Made by a program: the position numbers and the translations under genes. DNA of 64,000 nucleotides from Mobula hypostoma. Its lineage: Eukaryota. Positions 52,601 to 64,000 of the stretch are shown in pieces; the stretch's first letter is position 1; each line of letters starts with the position of its first letter. The notes under the pieces were generated by a model. It searched no databases. It worked only from the letters and a program-made list of their open reading frames with translations, and was not told the DNA's origin. The stretch spans positions 95,296,001-95,360,000 of the forward strand of contig NC_086097.1 in the NCBI RefSeq assembly GCF_963921235.1, given 5' to 3'.

Positions 52601-52900
52601 TAGTTCCCTGGGAGACTTTGGGTCTCCCAGGACTCTAACATCTGGCATGAAGAACACACAACAGCTATTTACTACACTAAGTATTCTGAGAGAGAGAAAA
52701 AAAGGGAACCTTAACAGAATCTTGCTCAGAGCCAATGCCTATTCCAAGCTGAAGCCTCCTTTGAGCCAAAGCCTGACACTCCTACTCTCACCACTAGCCT
52801 ACTCCCAACAATGGCTGCCCCGCTTGTCCCTGCTGTACTTTTATTTAATTCACGGTGCTCTGCTCCCGCCGTTGATTGGGCTTTCAGAATGTCTGAACGC
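49683..52900 (-). mobile_element. CR1 LINE with 5' UTR, ORF1 and endonuclease; most of the RT is deleted
   Basis: Minus: ORF1 VCCLPGAR, EN YRPPNS..MGDFN, ELNEYFASVFT, KSP.PDG; sequence jumps at about 49870 straight to the 3' end tctgctcttatgtcttatggtct. Confidence 0.88.
50693..50879. mobile_element. Fold-back PLE family A mini-insertion
   Basis: About 68-bp near-perfect arms 50693-50760 and 50778-50845; 34-nt tail 50846-50879; 14-bp TSD ttactttggtcaac at 50679-50692 and 50880-50893. Confidence 0.9.
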
Positions 52901-53299
52901 CTGCGAAGCTCTCCTTTTAAGCAAGCATTGTTGACCTGCGAGAACATTGCTCCTGCCACTAACTGGGCCTCCGTGTCACCGTGCCCGACGCAGGCCCCCT
53001 GGGCCTGAGTCGACGTAGTAGTAGTAATGTCACCATATGCAACCCTGAGATTCATTTTCTAGTAGGCACACTCCATAAATCCATAATAGAATAAAAACTA
53101 TCGATGAAAGACCCCACCAACTTGGGCATACAACCAGGGTGCAAAAGACAACACATACCCCTTCAATTGACCTTTGAACTCTATTGGCTCATGTCTTTTG
53201 GGTTCGTAAATGGCATCTATTTCAATATGTTTGTATCTACAAATCCCAAAGAGGCAAAGAGACGCGAATCAATAGAATTCAAAGGTCAAGGGAAGGAGT

Positions 53300-53435
53300 A
53301 GCCAATCAGGACCGAGGAAAACTATGGAGGCCTATATAAACACGAGCACTCCCAGAGAGTAACACCAACAACCACGCACTGAGGATGCCACCTTGACTGG
53401 TGATGAAATGTCTGCAAGCTAATTGCCAAGCTCAG
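53300..53435 (+). mobile_element. Probable PLE family C terminal repeat
   Basis: ccaatcag..tatataaac followed by a hammerhead motif; sequence unrelated to families A and B outside the core. Confidence 0.55.
53375..53416 (+). ncRNA. Minimal hammerhead ribozyme motif (family C)
   Basis: gca-CTGAGGA-t-gccacc/ttgact/ggtgat-GAAAT-GTC-tgc. Confidence 0.7.
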
Positions 53436-53795
53436 AATATAAGGTGCTGCTCTTCCACACTGAGTGAGGATGGCCTCATCTTTGCACTAGAGGAGTCATG
53501 GACCAACACGTGGGAATGGGAATAGGAATCAGAATTAAAATGTTTGGCCACTGGGAGGTTCCACTTGTGACAGATGGTGCGGAGGTGCTTGATGAAGCGA
53601 TTCCCCAATTTATGACAGGGCTCACAAATGTAGAGGAGGCCGCATTGGGAGCACCGGACACAATAGACAACCCTAGTAGGTTCACAGGTGAAGAGTCGCC
53701 TCACCTAGATGGACTGTTTGGGGCCTGAAAAGGGGTGAGGGAGGAGGTGTGCATGTTGCTTTGGATTTCCAGCTTCGGCAGACTTTCTTGTATTT
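53436..53795 (-). mobile_element. PLE GIY-YIG fragment with inverted tail
   Basis: ORF 53432-53704 FTCEPTRVVYCVRCSQCGLLYI..HFNS..EEQHLIF; inverted tail ggatttccagc at about 53763. Confidence 0.85.
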
Positions 53796-54954
53796 AGATT
53801 TTGAAGGAAGTAAAGCAGGAAATGATAGCTAAATTAAAAGGAAATGCCACATGGCTCTCGATGTTATACAGTGCTCAGAGGAAAAAATATGTGGAGTTTC
53901 TAAGGTATAATTAGAATTAAGTGTTGTGGAATGCTTGGATGCAATTTTACACACAAAGAACGCACTTAGATTTTTGGAGAAGAAAAAGAATGTAGATTTT
54001 TGAAGACGTAAAATCTTTGAGATATAATACTGCAGTAAAGGTGCAAAGATCTTTTGCAAAAATTATACAATAAAGGTATGTTGCTTTTTTAGGATAAGTA
54101 CTGGGAAAATGAGAAGCCACAAGAAGTGATAGAATATGAAATGGAGTAGAGAAAACATTTCTTCCTCCTACCAAAATCATCTTGTACAATTCAATGAGGT
54201 TCTTCACAGAACACATCTGGACAACAGCTGGTTCCATGCTTGAGAAAGCTGGTGCTGATCCTTTTCAATTGGGTGTTATGCTTTTTTTCCTAATTTTCTG
54301 GCTTCTTACCTGCCTTGCATGTTGCATCTTCCACAGTACTAGGGGCCTTTCCATTTAAAAAAAGAATTCTTCTTTGCTTGGATTGGAATCTCTTCATTCA
54401 ACAAATACATTTAATTCCTTATTGGGTAAATATACCACACCTCAAAATCTTACTCTAACATAAGGGGCAAAAAAAACTTACTGCATTCAAAATGAACCTT
54501 TCACATTTGTTACTGGGCCAACCTGCCCAAACATATTCACAATCAGCAAATCATTCCAGAAGACTCAAATATCAGTGCTGAAAGACAAGATCATGAAGGG
54601 AGAGCAGGGTGACAAAGGCATGTTCTTACTATAATGACAGCTTCCAACAAGAGTCAGCAGAATCTTTAACTCTTTCATCACAACTCTCCACTTCACTCTG
54701 TCTGTACATCACAGAATTTCCTTTCATATCTCTCTGCACCTAAGAATTTGATCCTTCTCCTTTCTTTCACCATCCTACATGTTTTACTTCACCTTATCTC
54801 TGTACAGTGGAGTCATCAAGACTCCTTCATTCTTGTTCTTTCCCAGGAACTCTTAGTGTCAAACTCCTCCCCTTCTAGTCTTTTCCTGCTAGACTGAGAA
54901 ATAGCCAATTACAGACAGTAAGTTAATAGCCCTGAATTAGTCTGACAGGACATA

Positions 54955-55484
54955 CACTCTGTAGTCACTTTATTAGGTACAGGAGTGGAACCCGGTATGG
55001 TCTTCCACTGCTGTAGCCTATCCATTTCAAGGTTCAACATGCTGTGCATTCAGAGATTCTCTTCTGCACACCACTGTTGTAATGTGTGGTTACTTGAGTT
55101 ACTGTCGGCTTGAACCAGTCTGGCCATTCTCCTCTGAGCTCTCTCATTAACAAAGTCATTTTGCCCACAGAACTGATGCTCACTGGATATTATTTTGCTT
55201 TTCACACCATTCTCTGTAAACTCTGGAGATAATTGTAAATGAAAATCCCAGGAAATCAGCGATCTCTGAGATACTCCAACACTCCGTTTGGCACCAAAAA
55301 TCATTCTAGTCAAAGTCACTTAGATCTCATTTCTTCCCAATCAGATGTTCAGTCTGAACAAAAACTGAACCTCATGACCATACCTGTATGCTTTTAGGCA
55401 TTGAGTTGCTGCATATGATTGGCTGATTAGATATTTACATTAATGAACAGAGGTACAAGCAGATCTGATAAAATGGCCAGAGTG
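54955..55484 (-). mobile_element. Internally deleted Tc1-like element (a family other than SB)
   Basis: TA flanks; termini cactctgtagtcactttattag / ctgataaaatggccagagtg; minus frame remnant SSEHQFCGQ..VNERAQRRMARLVQAD from the paired-like DNA-binding region. Confidence 0.75.
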
Positions 55485-56394
55485 TATTTGCTTTTTCCTT
55501 CACAACCTTCAGCTTGAAAGCAGTTTGCACAAATTGGTGGATGTACCAAGTAATTTCGAGAAACAAAACGACTTGATAAACATGAATCCCAATGCTTTGC
55601 CGCATTGGTATAAGATCAGGTACAGAAAGATTTAAAAATTTAAATGATTCCCTGTCAGGCCTGAACAGGCTGAGTTAATTAATTCCCACATTGTTACCTA
55701 TCATCTCTTATTTTCTACAAGTTTATTTCATGCTTTAACGTGCAAATCCAACAATTTTTTTTAAATAGATAGGGAGAACAAGGGTAAAATACAAATCCTA
55801 CGTGGTGAACACAGTATGGCACATCGCAGTCTGCAACAATCCACAACGTCACTCTGTCCAATTTCAAACTGCTGTTTGATTTGTATATTAAAAAAGGCAG
55901 ACACAAAAAATCTGATTCTGATTCTGATAAACCTATCCTTTTATGCAGCAGCAAATCCCAGGATACTCTCTTTGCATCACTAAAACTTCGGTCTTAATTT
56001 AGGTAATGGGCCTTGGCTATTTCATAAGTTCTAATTTGCCCAATATCAAATTATACTACACAGAATATATACTTTCAGTCTATTCCAATGGCCAATTTGG
56101 GGGCTCCACCAAGCTATGTATTGCATTTGTTAGAAAACAATGTTCACCGTCACTGGATGCACTAACTTTCTTAAGCAGTCACTGGGTCAAGGGCAACTCA
56201 CTTTCACTCCCGTTGCATGGACTCTGAGATCACTGATGTGATAGCCACAGATGATGCTCAAAGGGGTGAGCAGATTGGTTGTATGGGAATTTTTATGTTT
56301 ATTCAAAATATACTTTAATCATAAAAAGTCATGTAATACAGACCACTCAAATCAACATTTTCATAACATGTTATTCCTATTATTTTTATTTTAT

Positions 56395-56655
56395 TTAGAA
56401 ACCCACCAACCTATGCCATCCAGCAAGTTACCTATTTAACCCTAGCCTAATCACAGGGCTGTTTACAGTGAACACTTAACCTACTAACCTGTATGTCTTT
56501 GGACTGCGGGAGGAAATGGGAGCACCCAGAGAAAACCCACATGCACATAGGAAGAACATACAAACTTTCTTACAAAGGACGCCAGAATTGAGTTCCGAAC
56601 TCTGATGCCCCAGGTTGTAATAGCGTCGCACCAACCGCTATGTTACCATGGCACA
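56395..56655 (-). mobile_element. V-domain tRNA-SINE
   Basis: Minus head ggtaacatagcggttggtgcgacgctattaca; V-domain tgggttttctctgggtgctcccatttcctcccgcagtccaaagac. Confidence 0.8.
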
Positions 56656-56754
56656 TTTCCTGTTAACATATCATCAATTAGCAGTCATAGACAATCTTCT
56701 GCAAATAGTTCTGTGGTTTTGGCATGGATTTCAATGAATCAGTGTGCAATGTGC

Positions 56755-57733
56755 AACATGCTTTTTTTCATATTGTATGTGAATAATTTGGATGAAGGAA
56801 TTGATGGCTTAGTGGCCAGGTTTGCGAATGATATGAAGATGGGTAGAAGGGTAGGTAGCGTCGAGGAAGAAAGGTGTCTGCAGGAGGACTTAGACAGATT
56901 GGGGGAATGGGCAAAGTATTGGCAGATGGAATATAATGTAGGGAAGTGTATGGTCATGTACTTGGCAGGAGGAATAAAGAAGTGGACTATTTTCTAATAG
57001 AGAGAAAATTCAAAGATCAGAAGTGCAAAGGGACTTGGGAGCCCTTGTGTAGAACACCCTAAAGGTGAACTTGCAGGTTGAATCGGTGGTGAGAAAGGCA
57101 AATGCGATGTTAGCATTCATTTCAAGAGGACTAAAATGTAAAAGCAAGTATGTAATGGTGAGGCTTTATAAGCATTGTTCAGTCCACACTTGGAGTGTTG
57201 GACCTCTTATCTAATAAAAGATATGCTGGCATTGGAGAAGGTCCAGAGGAGACTCAGGAGAATGATCGCAGTAATGAAAGGGCTACTGTATGGGAAGTGT
57301 TTGATGGCTCTGGGGCTGCATTTGTTGGAGTTTAGGAGAAGAGGCGAGATCTCATTGCATCCTACCATATATTGAAAGGTATAGATAAAGTGTATGTGGG
57401 AAAGATGTTTCCCATAGTGCGGGAGTCTAGGACCAGAGCGCACAGCCTCAGAATTGAAGGACATCCATTTAGAACAGAATTGAGGAAAAAAATTCTTCAG
57501 CCAGAGGGTGATAAATCTGTGGAATATATTCCCACAGACAGCTGTGCAAGTCAAGTCATTAAGTATACTTAAGGCGGAGGTTGATAGATTCTTGATTAAG
57601 CAAGGTGTCAAAGATTATGGGGAGAAGGCAGAAGAATGGAGTTCAGAGGGATAATAAATCAGCCTTGATGGAATGGCAGAGAAGACTCAATGGGCTGAAT
57701 GGCCTAATTGTGTTCCTATGTCTTATGGTCTTA
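56755..57733 (+). mobile_element. CR1 LINE 3' portion
   Basis: FANDMKMG, LQEDLDRLGEWAKYWQMEYNVGKC; 3' end gggctgaatggcctaattgtgttcctatgtcttatggtctta. Confidence 0.9.
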
Positions 57734-57929
57734 TAGCCTTATGTCAGGACTGACCTAAACTGTGACTCTTCCTCCACAGCTCCCCATGATGCACCAAACT
57801 TCAGCGAATTGATCGATCCATTGGCCTAGACCTCTGAGTGATTAGGTTTGCAGCACTTTGTTGTGGGAAGCACCTTGCTCGGGAATACTAGCTAGGCTAG
57901 GGCAAACCACTGGGAATCTTTACTGTGCT

Positions 57930-58680
57930 GATCAAAGTTGGGTTCATTATCATGTGCACAGGTGCCATGAAAAACTTAACTACAGCAACATCACAGGCAT
58001 ATAGCATGATACAAGCAGCATTCACAAGGAAAACCATAAATAACAAATTATGCACAACTTTTGCAAGAAGGAACACTATTAGAACAAAACGAAAGTCCTT
58101 TTAATGCAAGGTGATTAAAATGGTTATAGTGTTGCTACACTGAGGGAGTCTTTAGGGTTCTGCAGTCTGGTTCAAGAACCAAATGGTTGAAGGAGGGAAC
58201 TGTTCTTGAACCTGTGGGGTGGAACTTAAGGCTTCTGTCCTTCCTACCCAATGGTAGCTTTGAAAAGATAGCATGGCCTAGATGGTCAATTCTTTGATGA
58301 TGGATGTTGCCTTGTTGAGGCGGTGGCTCCTGTTGATATTGTGGAGAAGGATGTACCTATGATGAGTCCACTCATCTGCAACTTCTTACATTCCTGTGCA
58401 TTCAATCTGCTGTACCAGACCATGGTGCAACCAGTCAGGATATGTTCAACAGTACATCTGTAGAAGTTTGTTAAGAGTGCCAAACCTCCATAACCTACTA
58501 GGAAAGTAAAGGCACTAGTGTGTCTTCCTTGTGAGTCCATCTATGTGGGACTCAGTACAGATCATCCAATATGCTAACCTCCAGAAATTTACAGATGTTG
58601 CCTCTCTCCACTGCTGAGTTCCCAATGTAGACTGGTGCATGTTTGTACTCCTTCCCCTTCCTAAAGTCAACAATCAGCTT
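57930..58680 (-). mobile_element. Rex1/Babar 3' fragment
   Basis: KLIVDFRKG and LTNFYRCTVEHILTGCTMVWY on the minus strand. Confidence 0.75.
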
Positions 58681-60384
58681 CCCAGAGGCAACTGATAGTT
58701 TCCCATAAGCAACTGATATTTGTTGCAGTATGTAGGAAGTTCTATATTCCTTCTGCTGTTTGTGATGCCAAAGACATGAGGTGTTCAAGCATCTTCCTGG
58801 ATGTTTATTCCCTGTCTTGAGCAACCAGGAATTCCTTTATGATAATATGATGATTATCTCTTTAAGAAGTCTTAAAAATACCTCAAAATACTAAATCCCA
58901 GCATAATTTTCACCAATTCCTAAAATCACGGCTATATTTTCCTCATTCTCTCTGCTCCTGGATAATGTGCTTTATTCCTAACTAGTCTTGGCAGGCCTCC
59001 TCAATTTTCTGGGATTGTGGTAATCAAAGGATCTTTGCTCAGACATTTAACTACCTGATGACAGAATAAAACACTCAAAAAGAAGCAGCCCGAGTGAAAT
59101 AGACGACCTGCCATTCCTCCTCACACTAGCACTTCTTCAATAATGTGTTCATAGTTCAAATGTTTGCAGTTTTGGAAAGCATCCAACATCTCCAGGTTTT
59201 CTTGTGGGAGATGAATAAGATAACCTTCCTGACAGTGAACAATGACTTTGTTGCAAACAATGTCACTGTTTATAGTAAGCTGCCTATACAATTGCTTTTT
59301 TGTTTGAACTATTTGCCAGGTGAAAGGGGTTAGTGCTGGGAAATGGAGTATAATTGAGGACAGAAACTACCTGCCTTTCTTGGTTCTGCAAACAATAGAA
59401 CACATAGAATTTACAGCATGGACACAGGCCATTTGGCCAGTTCAACTTTGATCATGTTTATGCTCCACACAGGGAGGTACTGATATCTATCATCAAGGAT
59501 CCCCAACATCTGGGTCATGCCCTCTTCTCTCTGCTACCATCCAGAGATACAGATGACTGCCCACAACATCAGGTTCAGAAACAACTACTTTCCTACAACC
59601 ATCAGGTAGTTAACCTGACCCGCTCAACTCAAACGCTACCTCATCAATGAAAGACTTCAGACCACCTCTTGTTCTACCATGGACTTGTTTCTAATTGTGT
59701 CCTTTTTTGCACTAAGATCTTGATAATGCAGTCTTTTTTCTCTCTCTCTTCACGTTATGCATAATTTAGGTATTTTCATACTCTGTGTCTCTCTCACTTG
59801 CATTTGAAAGAAGCACAAACTGTTCACACTTCTCAATTAGTTAGAACTTTTATGTGCTGATATCACCTGATAGATGACATGTGAGTTGGGTCCAATAAAA
59901 TCTCAGTGTAAAGGGTCAAGCAAGGCACTGACATTGGCCCAATGTTTACCTCAGACCTCCTCCCTACTACCACACCTCACCTCCAACAAATTCTCACAGG
60001 AGGGAGTTAATTAACAGATTGAATGGCAAAGTGTTCAACTTTCTCAGCTTCCACATCAAAACCAAGATCGCTGAGATACACTTGTTTATACCTATACTTG
60101 GACACTGAGCTCTGAGCCATCACTGACTCATTTACTGGTGTATGACACTAAACATCCAGGAGATATAGCACTTCTACCAACATGTTCCCAGCAGGCTAAC
60201 TCCCCAGCAAAGTGTGGACACACCCTCCACCCCATAACAAAGATCCATAAAGAGATTTTGAAAGTATGGGTCATCTTCTGTATCCTTAGATTCCCCCTCC
60301 AGCATAAGCAGGAATCAATGCCAATGTCACCTCAGGAAAAGAGCATCTGAAGGCCAAGTCCTTTGAACAAATAGAGCCTGTGGG

Positions 60385-61030
60385 ATTAACACTCTCCAGT
60401 CTACATCAGAGGCGCAAGCTATCTATAAGTGGACAGATCCCACTAAGTAAATAGGAAAAGAACTGGAAAATGGACTGTAATGAAGAAAAATATGCCGTTT
60501 GAAGAAGGCACGCCAGTGGCTCTACTTCTTTAAGAATATGAGATTTGTATGTGACCAAATCTTGCAAATTTCTATAGCTGCATGGTGTAGAGCATTCTGA
60601 CTGGCTACATCACAGCCTGGCATGGAATCTCCAATACACAGAATCACAAGAGTATGTAAAGGATTGTATATTCAGCCAGCTCCATTACAGGTACAACCCA
60701 CTTTACTGTTGAGGGCATCTTCAAGCAGTGCTGCCTCAAGAAGGCAGCATCCATTATTAAGAACCCAGACCACCCAAGGCATAACCAGTTCTCATTACGC
60801 ACATCAGGGAAGAGGTACGGGAGCCTGAAGACCCCACTCAACATTTTAGGAACCATTTCTTCTCCTCCACCATCATATTTCTGGACAGTCCATGACCCCA
60901 TGAACACTACTTCATTGTTTATTTTTGAACTATTTTGTAATTTTTAGTAATTATGTATTTGCACTGTAACGTAGCCACAGAACCACATATTTCATAACAT
61001 ATAAATCAGAGATAATAAATCTGATTCTGA
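60385..61030 (+). mobile_element. Rex1/Babar 3' fragment
   Basis: gagcattctgactggctacatcacagcctgg, KKAASIIKNPDHP, SGKRYGSLK; tail gataataaatctgattctga. Confidence 0.75.
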
Positions 61031-61879
61031 TAAACTAATAAAAAACATTTTACCTATATAGTGTGATGTTGAGCAGTTTGAGATGCAGAGGGATTTAGAT
61101 ATTCGAGTGTATCAATAGCAAAGGACTAGTACTGTATTCAGGAACTGCATGCAATTAAGTTAGTTAGTACAAAGTTATAATTTATTGCCAATGGAAATAA
61201 ATACACAAGTAGGGAGGCTATGCTTCAGATCACAACCTTTGACTTTCTCCCGCATGTCATATATAGAGCACTTTGTATGGTATTGGTTCTTATTCAAGGA
61301 AGGATGTTAATGCTTTGGAAGTGGTTTTATCAAACTAATAACTGAAATGGGTGGGTAGTCTTAGGAGGAAAGTTAGCACAAGGTAAGGTTGTATTCACTG
61401 GAGATTTCAAAAGAGAGAAAGGGAACTTGACTTAAAATACAAAATCCTGAGTGGCCTTGACAGGATGGACATTAGGAGGATGCTTCCCTATGCAGAAACC
61501 TAAAGATAAACATCGCTTTTTAAAGGTAAAAGGATACCCATCAGAGATAACGGCTCTGATGGGTATCATCTCTCTTTCTTAGGATTGTGATTTTGGATTT
61601 CTTTTCCTAACGGCAATGGAAGTAGAGTATTTGGCTATTTTCAAACCAGAGGTAAATGGAGGTGAAAGATTAGTCAGAAATGTATGGTTGAGGTTACAAC
61701 CTGCTCAGCCACTATCTTATTAAATGGCAGGGTAGGATTGAGTGGATGAGTAGCCTATTCCTCCTCCTAATTCAAATGTTTCTATGTTTAGCAATACCAC
61801 CTATGCAAAACCTTCAAACCCTCCATTTAGAGTATGATAATTACTCTAACTTGATATCCTCCTCATATCTAAATCTTTA

Positions 61880-61988
61880 GTACAGTTAGTCCTGACGAAG
61901 GGTCTCAGCCCGAAATGTGAACTGTACCTCTTCCTAGAGATGCTGCCTGGCCTGCTGCGCTCACCAGCAACTTTTATGTGTGTTGCTA
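61880..61988 (+). mobile_element. PLE family A terminal fragment with degenerate hammerhead (61886-61925)
   Basis: agtc-CTGACGA-a-gggtctcagccc-GAAAT-GTG (cleavage triplet lost); ends tgtgtgttg. Confidence 0.8.
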
Positions 61989-62519
61989 AAACACAGAAGA
62001 TGCCTTCTCCAAAAATGATACATAGGCTACTGTCAGGAAATGTTATACTAATCACAACTGGAATGCTATGTTTAGTTTTGATTCCACTCAACACAATGGA
62101 TATTGAAGGTTTGTCAGGTGGAAATATTGCAAGTCCTTCTCACCACTAACACTCTCTCAAGCTGGGGGCAAATTGAAAATTTCAAAACAAAAGATAAACT
62201 TACAAGATTTGGAATTAAGATGATTAATTAGAATTTAAATACAATCATTAATGGCATAATTGGTATTTAACAAACATGAGGGGTTGAGTCACCCACTGCT
62301 TTGCTCACACAAAGCAAATTGCAGCAATGCAGTTAGCTTTAATTTCATAATTTTTTATTTATTTTTCTCCTCTTTTGAGCAGCATTTTGTTTGAAGTAAT
62401 GAAAGTTGGAACTTCCTTAACAGTGACGGGGTACTCAGGACCATAGAGGCCAAGTAACTTGACAGAGGTTAGTGACAGAAATGTAGCAAGGAGGACATAT
62501 CTGGTTTACACGGCACCCG

Positions 62520-62818
62520 ACATAGGGAAGTGCGACGTTATGCACTGTGGTAGGAAGAACAAAGGTGTAGACTATTTTCTAAATAGGGAGAAAACTCAGA
62601 AATCAGAGGTGCAAAGAGACTTTGGATTCCTAGTTCAGGATTCCTTCAAGGTTAACTTCCATGTTGAGTTGCTAGCAAAGAAGGCAAATATAATTTTAGC
62701 ATTAATTTTGAAAGGACTAGAACAAAGAACATGCTCAAGGATGCACTGCTGAGCCTTTATAAGATGTTGGTCAGACCAGTGGGTCAAATGTCTAATTCTG
62801 CTCCTGTATCTTATGGTT
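62520..62818 (+). mobile_element. Internally deleted CR1 3' fragment
   Basis: GKCDVMHCGRKNKGVDYFLN..EVQRDFG; 3' end ctaattctgctcctgtatcttatggt. Confidence 0.75.
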
Positions 62819-63299
62819 TCCAGACTGATTACTTCATAGGAAGGCTAGGTAAAGCATCTGACCAATCCATCATCAAAAGCTTTACACCATTGTAATGGGT
62901 AAGATTCCTTCTGCTTCTCATTTTACTTTCTTCTGACTGCTGCTTCACCAAACAGAAAGTAAACACCAGCAGAGCATTTGCACTTTGTCATCTACACCAA
63001 CATCCTGTCAAATGCTGTTTTCTATTAGTCTAAGGTTGCAGATGGAAAAGGAACTGGTGTTATAATTAGCGTGAAGACTTTGGGTTCATTTAATCATTTG
63101 GAGTCCATGTGAAGCAATTATAGCTGTTCACAACACAAACATGCAAGTCCATGTTATTAATACTAAAAATATAAAAGTAAGTGGATTTTTTAAATTTCTA
63201 AAATAAATCTTATGATAAAAAAGATAAACTAAAGAATAAAAACAGTGCAAGTCTATTTACATCCTTCATGTCATTTGGCCAAAACATTCAGTAATGTTA

Positions 63300-63640
63300 T
63301 TACATTATTTGTTGTGCATATCACCCTTGTGGCACCCTGGGGTGATGCACCCTCCCATTGTTTGAGGGGCTACCCCCTCCGTGTCCAGTAGCAAAAGGTC
63401 CTTTCTGACAGAGCCTTAGCATTGGCTGCACCAAGCTTCAATGGATCACTCAGTGTGTACTCCTTTAGCTCCCGAATGTGCCAGTCAGCAGCATTGCTAT
63501 GTGGACAACTCACTGTGCTGGTTGGAAGTAGAGAGCTAGGTAGGCAGGCAGGCAGGCAGGGTAGATGAGGGTAGGGCAGTGAATATTGTCTATTCAAAAA
63601 GGCCTCTGTCAGGGTCCTGCATGTAAACTGGTCTGGAAGG
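63300..63640 (-). mobile_element. Tx1-like (L1 clade) LINE ORF2 3' end
   Basis: LKEYTLSDPLKLGAANAKAL resembles, from memory, the C-terminus of fish and shark Tx1-type ORF2. Confidence 0.55.
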
Positions 63641-63699
63641 GGGTCCCCTGGAACTCAGAGTAAGCTAGTTAGGCGGGTTTAAAATTGGTTCAGGGGTAG

Positions 63700-64000
63700 G
63701 AAGCAGAAGGTGGTGGTTGAAAGCTGTTTATCGGAATGAAGGCCGGCGGCTAGTCATGTGCCACAGTGTTTGGTGTTGGGACCCTCATTATTTATTATTT
63801 ATATAAAAGATTTGGATGTGAATGCTCAATTGTTAATCAGCAGGTTTGGGGATGACACAAATTAGATGTTAAATGTAAAGAAAGTTATTAGAAGGTTAAT
63901 CTTGATTAGTTGGGGAAGAGGTTGAGGAGTGACAGATGATTTCATTACAGGTAAGTGTGAAGCAATGTATTTTGGAAAGTCAAACCAGTATAGAACTATG
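63700..64000 (+). mobile_element. CR1 RT fragment
   Basis: gtgccacag..gtgttgggaccc, FGDDT and KCEAMYFGK motifs. Confidence 0.7.

Noticed and set aside
54482..54577. Minus-strand acceptor/donor pair
   Set aside because: Stops in all three frames

Overview
This window is repeat-dominated vertebrate DNA, most consistent with a cartilaginous fish (probably a ray or skate). That assignment is inferred from the repeat content: CR1/HER1-type LINEs with an SGNH ORF1, V-domain tRNA-SINEs, Rex1/Babar, and Tx1 and Penelope-like elements. I recognise no host protein-coding exon. Nearly all long ORFs in the track are decayed transposon frames or their antisense shadows. Main points: (1) Minimal hammerhead-ribozyme motifs (CUGANGA-N-helix II-GAAAY-NUH) sit at the termini of three unrelated Penelope-like element (PLE) families. 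One family also occurs as tiny fold-back insertions with 11-15 bp target duplications and a constant 33-34 nt tail on one arm. (2) A Tc1 element very close to salmonid Sleeping Beauty has its left end replaced by an inverted copy of the right end. (3) A multi-level nest of elements occupies about 3.3-13.9 kb. (4) A few repeat-free islands (about 1.9-2.7, 16.4-17.5 and 42.0-42.9 kb) may be conserved non-coding or splicing-regulatory sequence. All family names come from motif recognition by eye, not from database searches, and boundaries of old elements are approximate.
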